Below are positions 9,511 to 19,303 of a DNA stretch of 64,000 nt, in pieces (the stretch's first letter is position 1; each line of letters begins with the position of its first letter). Source of the stretch: Deinococcota bacterium. Lineage in GTDB: Bacteria > Deinococcota > Deinococci > Deinococcales > Thermaceae. The position numbers and the translations under genes were made by a program. The notes under the pieces are model-generated. The model was not told the DNA's origin, did not search any database, and saw only the letters and a list, made by a program, of their open reading frames with translations. The DNA lies in contig JBGFRI010000003.1 in NCBI GenBank assembly GCA_041695225.1, forward strand, positions 32,001-96,000, given 5' to 3'.

Positions 9511-11103
9511 CTAAAGGCGGGGGGTTCTAAGAGCGTCTCCCAGGGGGTCTCGCAGACTGACTGCTTCTGCGCCGTAACCCTGGGCTGGCCCTCTTTGACG
9601 CACGATGCGCTCTGGCGCAGGCAGCGATATTGCTGTCCGCGCGGTCGGAAGCCTATGGCCCCCAACGCTCGCGCATTGATCCATCGCCCATCCCGTGCGT
9701 CGTAGCAGCGAGTGCGCAGCCACCCAGGTCTCGACGATTCCATCAAAGATCTGGGAAGGATGGGCATGGTTCCCGGCAGAAACACACACCTGCTTCGCCA
9801 GGAATGCCGAGTAGATGTCGCGCTGGACCATACCACTACCATCACCCAGCAGGTGCCAGCGCTCGTTGAGCGCCTTTTTCTGAAAGGTGGCAGTGGTGTG
9901 GTCGAACTGCGAGAGCCGCAGCTTCCAGGTCTCCAATCTCACGAACTTTCCGCCGGCGCTTTCAGCCTTGCGAGTAAGTTGCGTGATCAGTGATCCTGGT
10001 GCGCGAACCTTGACCGAGCGGCCATAGGTTTTTTGGAAGGCTTTGTAGGAGAGACTCTCGGCCTGGATAACATTGCCCTGGGCCAGGATCTGGTTACACA
10101 GCCGCCCGTGGTCGCGGCTGCGCCGCTGGGCCAGCACCCGCTCGGTCTCGGCCAGCTCCTTGCGTACCGCCTCGTACCGCTGCGAGCGCACCGTAAGCGT
10201 CGCCCCGCGCTTCCAGGTCCCGTCGGCATTGAAACAGTCTGGATTGGTAGCGCGGCGCGAACGATCCAGTCTGCGCTGTAAGCGCCGGACCTTCCTCCAG
10301 GGCTGCTCAACGCTGGGCGCAAGCCTGACCAGATCAGCAGCCCTATCGCCCACCACGGCCACACTGCTGGGGCCGATGTCGATGCCCACGCGAACGCCCT
10401 CCACCGTGGCGTATCTGCGCGGTGGCTGGCCTTCCTGTACAAGCTGGACAAACCAGCGACGCTTACCACTGACTACCCGCCAGAGCAGGCGGCAGTATTT
10501 GGTGCGCCGGGTAAGCGCCTCCTGCACATAGTTATATTTGTCCTTAGACTCACCGGGCACCAGGACCGGCAGCACCAGCCCATTCCACTCCACTATCCGG
10601 GACTCAGCCCGCCAGCGGATACCGGCATTGTTGGTCTTGGACTCCATCGAGTGCAGCGGACGCCTCGCGCCCTTGAAGCGGGGACGACCTCGCTTGCCGA
10701 AGGAATACTCCTGAGCAGCATTGAAAGCCCGCTCAGCGGTACGCTGGGTATCATGCGCTCCTAGACGGTCCTGCCAGCCGGCCCGGTTTTTACACTGTGT
10801 TCCAAATGCAGAGATCTCTGCGGAGGTGAACCGGTGCTCCCTGATTGCAAGTTTGAAAGCTGCACGCCGCTCGGGATTGCGTTTTTTGTCCACCCATTTC
10901 GGCAGGGCCTGGGCTATACGCCAGGCTTCCGAGCTGCGCATCTGGTCTAACCGCTCCAGGGCCTGACCCAGGCAGGCGTTGTATAGCCGTCGACCGGCCT
11001 CGAACGAGGCCAGGAGTTTACGCTCCTCACGTGGGTGTACTACCAGCGGTAGTTCCAGGACAAAGCTGGGGGTTGAGCTGCGTTTCATGACGCTCCCGCC
11101 CAT
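9511..11103 (-). CDS. tnpB: TnpB RNA-guided endonuclease
   Basis: GRPRFK, VGIDIG, QAESL and QRDIYSA RuvC motifs. Confidence 0.9.
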   Translation of the reverse strand: MGGSVMKRSSTPSFVLELPLVVHPREERKLLASFEAGRRLYNACLGQALERLDQMRSSEAWRIAQALPKWVDKKRNPERRAAFKLAIREHRFTSAEISAFGTQCKNRAGWQDRLGAHDTQRTAERAFNAAQEYSFGKRGRPRFKGARRPLHSMESKTNNAGIRWRAESRIVEWNGLVLPVLVPGESKDKYNYVQEALTRRTKYCRLLWRVVSGKRRWFVQLVQEGQPPRRYATVEGVRVGIDIGPSSVAVVGDRAADLVRLAPSVEQPWRKVRRLQRRLDRSRRATNPDCFNADGTWKRGATLTVRSQRYEAVRKELAETERVLAQRRSRDHGRLCNQILAQGNVIQAESLSYKAFQKTYGRSVKVRAPGSLITQLTRKAESAGGKFVRLETWKLRLSQFDHTTATFQKKALNERWHLLGDGSGMVQRDIYSAFLAKQVCVSAGNHAHPSQIFDGIVETWVAAHSLLRRTGWAMDQCASVGGHRLPTARTAISLPAPERIVRQRGPAQGYGAEAVSLRDPLGDALRTPRL

Positions 11104-11501
11104 TTTTGCTGCTCAACATACTGCTTTAGAACCGCTAGTGGCGCACCACCGCAGGTAGCCACAAAGTAGCTGTTGCTCCAGAGTGACGGCAGGCGGCTTC
11201 TCAGCCAGGGAAACTCCGTCCTCAACAACCGGCTGGATCGGCCTTTGACTGCCTTTACCAGGCGATGAATACCAAACTGCGGGTCCACCTCTACTACCAG
11301 GTGTACATGATCGGGCATGACCTCCAAGGCGGCTACCTCAGACCTGGTCTCCGAGCAGATTTCCCGAATGATAGTTTCTAGTCTAATATCTACTCCTTCA
11401 ATTAATACAGAGCGGCGGTATTTAGGACAGAAGACAACATGGTAAGTACAGGCATAAACTACGTTGTTATTAGATCTGTAGTTAACCCTGTACTCAGGCA
11501 C
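11085..11501 (-). CDS. tnpA: IS200-type Y1 (HUH) transposase
   Basis: YHVVFCPKYRR, DHVH, KGRSSR, LWSNSYF and YVEQQ motifs. Confidence 0.95.
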   Translation of the reverse strand: MPEYRVNYRSNNNVVYACTYHVVFCPKYRRSVLIEGVDIRLETIIREICSETRSEVAALEVMPDHVHLVVEVDPQFGIHRLVKAVKGRSSRLLRTEFPWLRSRLPSLWSNSYFVATCGGAPLAVLKQYVEQQKWAGAS

Positions 11502-11990
11502 AAAATGATTATACCATAGAAGATTATCTAATACCAGCCCTGACGGGCCATCCGCTTACCCCATACCTGAAGGCAGGGGCTTGCGCGGATGAGTTGGTCA
11601 GGTAAACGTAAGCCTCAAGTACCAACCGGTGCTGGCCATTATCAGCTACTCCTAACGGTACAGTTGCCAGGCTTCCAGCCGTACAGACCAGGCCCTGGCT
11701 GTTATAGGTATGGTTTGCCCGGCGCAAACGTGCGGTGTGCTCCACCAGCCGGACCTCCCCGATAGCCGACAGACTCACCTGAAGGCGGTATGACCCTCCA
11801 ACAAACTCACGGGGCGCCTGCAAACTGAGCGTCGCCGAAGGCGGGGTTGTGGGCAGGCGGGCCAGGTCAACCTGGCAGCCCTGCGCCAGGCTGGGTGCGA
11901 ACAGAGGAATAAATACAGCAAAGAATCGCAACATATTGCCTATAATATAGTAGACTGAGTTGTGATAGGAGACAGGATGAAAGCAAAAAA

Positions 11991-12608
11991 GTGAAGCCGA
12001 AACAAAGACCATATCAGAATCCCAAATGGCTACGGCGCGAATTAAAACGCTTCGGTAGCCTGTCGACCCTATGCAAAGCGCATCAATTATCGGAGGGAAC
12101 AGTAGTTAGTTATCTGAGGCGACACCCGGAGGTCAAGAGCCAAGTTGAGGACTTATTAAAAAAGCCGCAGTCCCTGCTCAAAAGCGGTAAAAAACGGCAG
12201 GAAGTAGGGCAGACCCGGCTGGCCACACTTAAACGGCACAAACGGGACTGGACCGTCGAGGAACTCCAGGCGCAGAATCTGCCCCTCTACTGGAACCATA
12301 ACTGGCTGGTTGAGAAACTCACAGAGCTGCGCACCGTAACGGCAGTCTGCCAGAAATATGGCTACACCGTTAATGCTGTGCTGCGTTACATCAGCCGCCA
12401 GCCAGACCTGCTCAACATGGTCCAGCAGGCCCGGGAGGAGATGCGAACCGATCAATCGCCGATCTTTCTGCATCTTCCCCCCGAACTGGCGGATGCGCTG
12501 GAAACAGCACCTACCCAGCGGGAGGTGCTGGTAGCTGCCGTCCGGCGGGGTATCCAACGTGCAAAAAGTAGAAAAGGAGGCACAGATGAAAAAGAAGGGC
12601 AAGTATGA
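11991..12608 (+). CDS. putative DNA-binding protein with repeated HTH-like units
   Basis: Basic protein with internal repeat YxNxxWL; start uncertain because the RBS-adjacent ATG at 11977 is out of frame. Confidence 0.55.
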   Translation: MKPKQRPYQNPKWLRRELKRFGSLSTLCKAHQLSEGTVVSYLRRHPEVKSQVEDLLKKPQSLLKSGKKRQEVGQTRLATLKRHKRDWTVEELQAQNLPLYWNHNWLVEKLTELRTVTAVCQKYGYTVNAVLRYISRQPDLLNMVQQAREEMRTDQSPIFLHLPPELADALETAPTQREVLVAAVRRGIQRAKSRKGGTDEKEGQV

Positions 12609-13020
12609 CCTGGTTAAGTTAGGGCGGGCGCTCTTCCCCACCCGCAGCAGCTGGGAGATCAGCGACCTGGAGGCCCAGGGCCTGCCGCTGTACTGGAACC
12701 GGGACTGGCTGAAGGAACAGCTAGACCAGACCGGGTCCACTTATTACCTGGCCCGGAAGTGGAACTACCCCTGGGGCGAGGTGAAGCGCCTGGCAGAGCA
12801 TTTTGGTATCACCAGCCCTACCCAGAGGGGCTGGGTCGGCAAGTATTTCCTGCTGGACAAGCAGCTGTTGCGCGATATTGCCGACGTTAAGCCAGCCCAC
12901 CAGTCCCGCAACCGCTGGATTGTAGAGGCCCTTCAGGCCTATCTTGAGGAGCAGAAAAGCCAGAAAAAAGAGGGGCAGGGCCTCAACGAAGAGGGCCTAC
13001 GTCTACGCCAGGCCAATTAA
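12586..13020 (+). CDS. putative DNA-binding protein, paralog of upstream gene, C-terminal RHH-like
   Basis: Shares LxAQxLPLYWNxxWL; ends in SRNRWIVEALQAYL. Confidence 0.6.
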   Translation: MKKKGKYDLVKLGRALFPTRSSWEISDLEAQGLPLYWNRDWLKEQLDQTGSTYYLARKWNYPWGEVKRLAEHFGITSPTQRGWVGKYFLLDKQLLRDIADVKPAHQSRNRWIVEALQAYLEEQKSQKKEGQGLNEEGLRLRQAN

Positions 13021-14756
13021 TCCCCGCAGGGGCCAGGGCCCAGAACCACCTGTGAGTACAGAAAGCCCTGGCCCCAGACAAAGCCCAGCGCTCGAAGCTG
13101 CTCGGCCTGCGCTGGAGTCTCAATACCTTCCACCACCAACGGCAGCCTCAGGCCGCGAGCGATAGACAGTATTCCCAGGGCCACCTGCTGGTTGCGCTCA
13201 TCGCCCAGGCTGCGAGCAAAACCATGCGATAGCTTAAAGCCGTCAATAGGTAGCTCGGACAGCCGCTCCAGGCTGGAGTGGCCGTTACCGAAATCATCCA
13301 GCCAGACCTGCACCCCCAGTCCGCGCAGCTCCCGGAGCACCTCTTTGATGCAGGTGTTCTCCGCAGCCGCGGCCTCAGTAATCTCAACCACCAGCCGGGA
13401 GCCCGGCAGGCCGTACTGCCGCAGCATACTCTGGACAACCTCCAGCAGCGCCGGCTGGACCAGCTGGGCAGGCGAGAGATTAACCGAGACGCTCACCCCG
13501 CGCCGCCTGGCCTCCCTTAGGGCAGTGCTCACCACCTGCTCGGTCAGAGGGTGGAGCAGGTGGTACTGCTCGGCCAGGGCCAGCACCTCCAGGGGCGGGG
13601 CCCCCGCAAAGCGCAGCAGGGCTTCTATAAACAGAATCTGATACGGGCTGTCCAGCTGCACCACCGGCTGGTAGTCCAGTCGGAAGGCCTTCAGGTCTCC
13701 AGGCCGGGCCCCAAAGGCCCCCTCGAGGGCCTCGACTACCTGGCGCTGGCGCTCGTAAAGCGGTTTCAACTGGTCGAAGCGCTGGATGCCGCCACGGATC
13801 TTGGCCTGTCGCAGGGCAAAGTCGGCATGTACCAGACTCTGCTCCCAACTGTCTCCAATACCCGCTATCCCAGCAGAAAAACCCAGCGGTACCTGCGAGC
13901 TAATCCCGGCAAGATACTCCTCGAGCGCCTCCTCGGGAATTGCCAGCACAAACTCATCACCACCCCAGCGACACAGCAGACTCCGCGCAGGCAGACCAGC
14001 CTGCATAGCTGCCACAACTTGCCGCAAAACCGTATCGCCGGCCAGATGGCCGTAGCGCTGATTCACCAGCCGGAACCTCTTCAGGTCAAACATCACCACG
14101 GCATGCGAGGCCATATCCAGACGCGACACCGCCTCCTCCAGCCCACGCCGATTGAGCAGATCAGTTAGCGGATCGTGAAAAGCCAGTCGGCGGATCTGCT
14201 CCTGTAGATGCTGCCGATCTACCAGCAGGCTGAGCTGGCGGGCAAAGGCCTCGGTCAGCTCTAAGGCGGTCTGGGGAAAACTGCTGGAAGAAAAGCTATC
14301 CAGGTACAAGTACGCGCTCTCCTTCCCCCGAAGCCGGACCGGGGCGACCAGCACCCCCTGTAATTCCCGTATGCGTCCAGCCTTTTCCAGGATGCTGCGG
14401 CGCCCAGAATCATAGCGTTGCGCCCGGATCTCGGCCTGGGACAACACCCGCAGGCTCTGGCCGTTCCGGCCGAAGCCCCACTGCTCCTCAGGGGCAAAAT
14501 CCACTGCCCGCAGGGCCGACAAGTCATAGCCCAGCGCAGCCACAAAACGAAACCGCCCCCCATGCAAAACTGTGATACTTCCAGCCTCCACCCCCGGCAC
14601 CGTAGCCACCGCTGCCTCTAAAAGCTGCTGGTAGAGATCCTGCTCCTGCATCACCGCAAGGTTCTCCCACAGTGGCAGCATGGCTGTACAAAAATCGTGC
14701 CACCAGAAGGGCTGGCCTGGAGTAACAGCAGATCTGGTCAGCTCAAACATAAACAT
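13017..14756 (-). CDS. GAF-GGDEF-EAL c-di-GMP cyclase/phosphodiesterase
   Basis: HDPLTDLLNRR, RWGGDEF, IEALLR, DDFGNG and VEGIE..QGF motifs. Confidence 0.95.
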   Translation of the reverse strand: MFMFELTRSAVTPGQPFWWHDFCTAMLPLWENLAVMQEQDLYQQLLEAAVATVPGVEAGSITVLHGGRFRFVAALGYDLSALRAVDFAPEEQWGFGRNGQSLRVLSQAEIRAQRYDSGRRSILEKAGRIRELQGVLVAPVRLRGKESAYLYLDSFSSSSFPQTALELTEAFARQLSLLVDRQHLQEQIRRLAFHDPLTDLLNRRGLEEAVSRLDMASHAVVMFDLKRFRLVNQRYGHLAGDTVLRQVVAAMQAGLPARSLLCRWGGDEFVLAIPEEALEEYLAGISSQVPLGFSAGIAGIGDSWEQSLVHADFALRQAKIRGGIQRFDQLKPLYERQRQVVEALEGAFGARPGDLKAFRLDYQPVVQLDSPYQILFIEALLRFAGAPPLEVLALAEQYHLLHPLTEQVVSTALREARRRGVSVSVNLSPAQLVQPALLEVVQSMLRQYGLPGSRLVVEITEAAAAENTCIKEVLRELRGLGVQVWLDDFGNGHSSLERLSELPIDGFKLSHGFARSLGDERNQQVALGILSIARGLRLPLVVEGIETPAQAEQLRALGFVWGQGFLYSQVVLGPGPCGD

Positions 14757-14823
14757 ATCTCCCTATTTCTTTCTGTTATATCACAAAAAAGATCAGGGGG
14801 CCAAAGCCCCCTGTGCCTGTTGC

Positions 14824-15750
14824 TCATGCCGCAGTCGCGGCGGCCTCTTTTTTGGCCAGCCACTCCTGTAGGGCAGCCAGCTTCTGGCCAGCCTCCTCCT
14901 CGGTCATCCCCCCTACCGCTCCCACCATCTCCCGGTAACGGGAAGCATACTGGGGTGGGATCCTGCCGGACTGAAGCACCTCATCCAGCTTGAGGGCCAG
15001 GGCAGCCCGCTTCTCGACCGGCTCCTGTACCGGAAGCTCCGGGGTGGAGATGACCTCCCCATCTCCGTTGATCACCGCATAGCCCCGGACCTCTTCCAGG
15101 GTGGCAGTGCGGGGGTAGCGGGCGCCCCCTTGCAACACCTGGGCAGTCTCGGGAGCGTCAACCAGGGTGAACCGGCTGGTAGGAAAGCCGTCCTTACCCC
15201 GGACCTGCTCCACCTTGAGCAGGAAGGGCACTCCCTGGAGGCTGCCTCCGGCCACCTGCTGAAGCCGCCGCAGGTAGCCATCCACCCGCTCAATTGAGGG
15301 TAGACCCCGGATGCTGGCCTGGTAGACCCCGGCCCCGGGCACCCCCACTACCTGGAAGGAGAGAATGCCGACCGGCTTGCAGGCCGGTGGCTGCTCCTTT
15401 CCGTTTTTCTGGGTAGGCTGGGCAAAAGGGCAGCCACGCTGGGCGCAGTCCCTGGGCTTGAGGCCTTCAGGCCCCATCTCCTGGCCGACCAGCCCATCCC
15501 CCTTACACTGGAGCCCTGAAGCGCCGTAGCGCTTATAAAAAGGGTCCCAGACTTCCGGACCGAGGTCCAGGGGCAGGTAGACCGTCACCGCCCGGGGCTT
15601 GGGGCCGTAGATCGCCTCCACCACCTCCGCACCACCCACGATGCGGAAATGGTCAAGGGCCTTGGGGAAGCCCTTCTCAGTTTTCTCCCCGATCTTGAAC
15701 TGCCCGGTGCGGGCGAGCCGCACCCGCTCGGAAATTCCGACGATTGCCAT
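14824..15750 (-). CDS. phage/plasmid recombination directionality factor (Gp3)-like protein
   Basis: N-terminal RLARTGQFKIGEK..PKALDHF and CKGDG/Cys cluster. Confidence 0.5.
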   Translation of the reverse strand: MAIVGISERVRLARTGQFKIGEKTEKGFPKALDHFRIVGGAEVVEAIYGPKPRAVTVYLPLDLGPEVWDPFYKRYGASGLQCKGDGLVGQEMGPEGLKPRDCAQRGCPFAQPTQKNGKEQPPACKPVGILSFQVVGVPGAGVYQASIRGLPSIERVDGYLRRLQQVAGGSLQGVPFLLKVEQVRGKDGFPTSRFTLVDAPETAQVLQGGARYPRTATLEEVRGYAVINGDGEVISTPELPVQEPVEKRAALALKLDEVLQSGRIPPQYASRYREMVGAVGGMTEEEAGQKLAALQEWLAKKEAAATAA

Positions 15751-15866
15751 GCTTATCACCTCCGATAGGTAAACCCCTATCAGTAAAGATTATAGCATAA
15801 ACTGGCCTTCAAGACACTCTGTCCGGTGCCTTTAATTGCGCTGCAGGAGCGGTAGAAACTGGAGAA

Positions 15867-15899
15867 TCTTACACCCATGTTGAAAGCATGGGTGTAAGA
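15867..15899. promoter_or_regulatory. palindromic site TCTTACACCCA-N11-TGGGTGTAAGA (copy 1)
   Basis: Same arms and spacing as at 33947-33979. Confidence 0.6.
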
Positions 15900-16358
15900 A
15901 AGAAGGGGGAATTATCCCCCCTGCACCACCTGCCACTGTTGTTCCGGCGAAAGCCGCAGCCGGCACAGCCCAAGAAAGCAGTCCCAGCCATCGAACCGCC
16001 TGGCAGTTATCAGCCAGCCCCGGCGGCTCACCACCTCAAACTGGCTACACTGGGTACGATCCGAAAACCGAACCGGATCCAGGGTAACGAACCGTACCCT
16101 CGGCTTCAGAGCTGCCAGCCCTCCCTGCTTCTCCAGACGCTGATAGCATCTGAACCGCCACTCCAGAGCGCTGGCGTTGGTGGTCGAAGTCAGGACTTCC
16201 AGGATACGTCTGGGACAGTTGTAGTAGTAGGGCAGCATGGTTTCGTCCATACTTTTATAACCCAACTTCCCGTCCCGCGTGAACTGAAGCAGGCTCACCA
16301 GCGCGATCACCTCACGCTGGCCATTACGCTCAATCTCCAGAGCGATGTACGCCTGCTA

Positions 16359-17732
16359 TCAAGAAGGTACGCTAATGTGTGCATCCTTCTCTTCCTGCCC
16401 CGAACCGGCCTGGCGACCGTACTCGTATCTGACAGGCGTAACTTTCCCGACCAGACCTAACGCCATGCCAGATCCAGCGCCGCCATTGCTGGGCGGACTC
16501 GCCACGGGTAGCGCAGTTGCGGTTGCGAGCCGTTTGAGATTGAGCGCTGCGTTCTGATCGCGGTCATGTTCCGTACCGCACTGAGGGCAGTGCCACTGCC
16601 GCTCGCTCAAGGTCAGCGCCTCATTTTTGCAGGCGCAGACTGAGCACAGGCGGCTACTGGGATACCAGGTGTCGGCAACGATCAGCTGGACGCCGTAGCG
16701 CTGCGCTTTATACTCCATCTGCTGACGGAACAGGCCAAAGCCCGCGTCGCTGATGGCCCGGGCCAGCCGCCGATTAGCCAGCATCCCTTTGACCTGTAGG
16801 TCCTCGATCACTACCGATTGGTTCTCTCGGCATAGCCGGGTGGTCAGCTGGTGCATGAACTCCGCCCTGAGCCGGGCAGTACGGGCGTGTAGCCTGGCTA
16901 GCTGATCTGCTGCCTTCTTGCGATTCTGCGAGGCCGGTAGCCTGGCACCCTTCGGCAGCGGCGCTCCGGGCGCGAAGCCAGCCGGTACTTTGGCTGCCTC
17001 TTGCTTGCGGCTCAGCCGACGGCTACGGATCCTCAGCCGCCGTAACGCTGCTTTGAGCGGCTTCGGCCCTTTGATCACCTCCCCGCTGGAGAGTACGGCG
17101 GTAGACTGGAGACCCAGATCAATGCCGGTAATGCCGCTACCTGTGCGGGCACGGTAGAACTGGTGGTCTGCAACCTCTACCTGGATAGCTACGAACCAGC
17201 GATCCGCCGTGCGTGAGATGGTCGCCCCCCGGATCGGGCCCGCAAAGCGCAAGGCTTCGGTCATGGCTACTGTACCTACCTTGGGCAGGCGAATAGTCTT
17301 ATCCGAGAGACTAAATTTGTCGTTGGCAAGGTAGAAGCTATCGCGGCACCGGCTTTTCTTCTTGAAGACCGGAGGATAGGCCAGCCTGACCCCGCGCTGA
17401 CGCAGCGAGCGTCGCAGCTGAGGGTCCTCCGGTGCGATCTGCGCCCCGGATTTCAACTCCTCAAAGAACCTGGCCCAGGCCCGGGCCAGGTGTTTGAACG
17501 GCTGGGCGTGGGCATCACGGTGGATCTCCTGCAGCCAGGGGTATTGCTGATACTTGATGGCGTTGAACTGTTTCTTAAGCACCATCGCGTTGGGTCTCTG
17601 CCCAGCCCGGTACTGAGCGTTCCATTCGGCTAGCGCCCAGTTCCAGACCATACGGGCAGTACCACAGGCCCGCTTGAAGTAGTCTGCCTGTTCGGGTGTG
17701 GGTATGAGTTCGATACGGTGAGATAGCTGCAT
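16359..17732 (-). CDS. tnpB: TnpB (IS607 type)
   Basis: GIDLG, VIEDL, SSRLCSVC...CPQC..HDRDQNAA. Confidence 0.95.
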   Translation of the reverse strand: MQLSHRIELIPTPEQADYFKRACGTARMVWNWALAEWNAQYRAGQRPNAMVLKKQFNAIKYQQYPWLQEIHRDAHAQPFKHLARAWARFFEELKSGAQIAPEDPQLRRSLRQRGVRLAYPPVFKKKSRCRDSFYLANDKFSLSDKTIRLPKVGTVAMTEALRFAGPIRGATISRTADRWFVAIQVEVADHQFYRARTGSGITGIDLGLQSTAVLSSGEVIKGPKPLKAALRRLRIRSRRLSRKQEAAKVPAGFAPGAPLPKGARLPASQNRKKAADQLARLHARTARLRAEFMHQLTTRLCRENQSVVIEDLQVKGMLANRRLARAISDAGFGLFRQQMEYKAQRYGVQLIVADTWYPSSRLCSVCACKNEALTLSERQWHCPQCGTEHDRDQNAALNLKRLATATALPVASPPSNGGAGSGMALGLVGKVTPVRYEYGRQAGSGQEEKDAHISVPS

Positions 17733-17772
17733 CGCTTTTTCACTCCCATCCCCGACCGCTTTATCCAGTCTA

Positions 17773-18414
17773 TCACTCGCTTTGCAGCCCAGCTGGGCTG
17801 CTGACTCTGACTCCGGTTGAAGAAAGCGCCTCACTTAGCTTCTTCCGATAGTTTCTCAGTCCATACAGCCGCGAGGAAAAGCAGTGTAGGATGGTCATCA
17901 GGTCCTGTACCAGCTCCTGCTCCGGCGAGAGGCGTTCCTGGTTAAGCACCAGCACCTCGCAGCCATGTGTCCGGGCATGATGCTCGAACCACTCGAAACC
18001 AAAGCGGGTCAGACGGTCACGATGGGCCAGGATCAGCATCCTGACCTCCCGCCGACCGATCTCATCCATCAGGGCCAGGAACCGCTTGCGCTTGAAGTTG
18101 AGCCCGCCGCCCACCTCCTCGATAAACTCCACGTTAGCCAGACCTCTGGCGGTCACAAACTCCTCCAGCACTCTGCGCTGATTTACCAGGTCTGGCCTCT
18201 GGGCTGCGCTGGAGACCCGGCAGTAAGCCACCAGTCGGGTTGGGGCCACCCCACCCGTCTGCCTCAGACCCTGGAACTCTCGCAGCTGGCTCTCGGTGTA
18301 GAGTCTGCGATTGGTACGCGAGCGGGCCACCGGAATCAGCCTCCCTTCCCGCTCCCAGCGCTGCATAGTCTTGACGGTGACGCCTAGTATTTTCGCGGCT
18401 GTGCTGATGGTCAA
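17773..18414 (-). CDS. tnpA: IS607 serine recombinase TnpA
   Basis: MerR-like HTH, YCRVSS, DRLTRFGF and LYGLR motifs. Confidence 0.95.
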   Translation of the reverse strand: MTISTAAKILGVTVKTMQRWEREGRLIPVARSRTNRRLYTESQLREFQGLRQTGGVAPTRLVAYCRVSSAAQRPDLVNQRRVLEEFVTARGLANVEFIEEVGGGLNFKRKRFLALMDEIGRREVRMLILAHRDRLTRFGFEWFEHHARTHGCEVLVLNQERLSPEQELVQDLMTILHCFSSRLYGLRNYRKKLSEALSSTGVRVSSPAGLQSE

Positions 18415-18648
18415 AGTGCTTTCTATGGAGCCTAATATACACTATAGGGTAGGGTATGCGCAACTAGAGTAGACTCCTTCATGTTCACCACTGCCACATC
18501 CAGTACCTGCTGGCTAGAGCTACCCATCTCGTAGTTGTACAGTCCTGCGAAAAACTTGCGCAGATCCGTTGGTTTGGGGCCGTATGTCCATCCCATATAC
18601 TGTCCTCCTATCGGAAACCAGTATACTACTTGGCGATAGGAGGTAACA

Positions 18649-19221
18649 ATGGAATACCGGATACAGGTACGCCAGGAACAGGAAAACAGCTCCTGGCGCA
18701 TAACAGCAGCAGGCCGACAGGCCGGCGGCACAGCCACTTTCACCGCTGGAAACCGAGACTGGCGCAAGATCACAGGCAGGGAGCTGGTCTTCCTGAACGG
18801 CGTCGGCCGCTTCTGGCACGAGCGGCAGGGACTCGAGACCAGCTTCTGCCAGGCAGCCGGGGTTCCCTACCTGCCGGTGAATTTTGTCCTAGGCCGGGCA
18901 GTTCAGGACGGGTTCATCGAGGGAGCCAGGCTGGCCTCCAATTACCAGGAGGAAGGATGCTGGTGGTTGCCAGCAGCCGCCGCCTGGCTGATCGTAGCGG
19001 GCGGGCAGGTAACCCTGGATGCTGCACAGGCCTGGAACCACGCCCTGGCCAGGACACAGCTGGATGGTACATTCAGCTTGCTGTACAGCCGGGGGCGTAT
19101 CCTGCCCAGCGGTGAAGGCAAGCGCCTGGTCTACACCGAACCACAAGACCAGGAGCCCAGCACCAGGCGGCTAAAGCGGTTGGAACACAGCTGGGCGGTA
19201 CAACGCCTGGCCAGACTCTAG
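18649..19221 (+). CDS. hypothetical protein
   Basis: TATACT-N7-GATAGGAGG upstream. Confidence 0.7.
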   Translation: MEYRIQVRQEQENSSWRITAAGRQAGGTATFTAGNRDWRKITGRELVFLNGVGRFWHERQGLETSFCQAAGVPYLPVNFVLGRAVQDGFIEGARLASNYQEEGCWWLPAAAAWLIVAGGQVTLDAAQAWNHALARTQLDGTFSLLYSRGRILPSGEGKRLVYTEPQDQEPSTRRLKRLEHSWAVQRLARL

Positions 19222-19303
19222 GCACAAAAAAACAGATAGGGGGCGCAAGTGCGCCCCCTAATATATACCAGCCGACTAGCTAGAAATAATATATACTCAA
19301 CCC

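Larger units (their letters stand above)
9496..11596 (-). mobile_element. IS200/IS605-family element (tnpA+tnpB)
   Basis: Left-end hairpin AAGCCCCTGCCTTCAGGTATGGGG after target CTGAC; right-end hairpin ending ...GAGAGTCA. Confidence 0.9.
9288..11934 (-). pseudogene. secreted hypothetical protein split by an IS605 element (11934-11597 plus 9495-9288)
   Basis: Removing 9496-11596 rejoins CTG AC|G GGC in frame to give 181 aa with a signal peptide. Confidence 0.7.
16353..18473 (-). mobile_element. IS607-family element (serine recombinase + tnpB)
   Basis: tnpA/tnpB pair; boundaries set by in-frame restoration of the host gene, with AG at both junctions. Confidence 0.9.
15912..18596 (-). pseudogene. 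DUF6927-like gene split by an IS607 element (18596-18474 plus 16352-15912)
   Basis: MGWTY... N-terminus rejoins in frame (MKE|AYIALE) to YKSMDETMLPYYYNCP; 187 aa. Confidence 0.75.
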
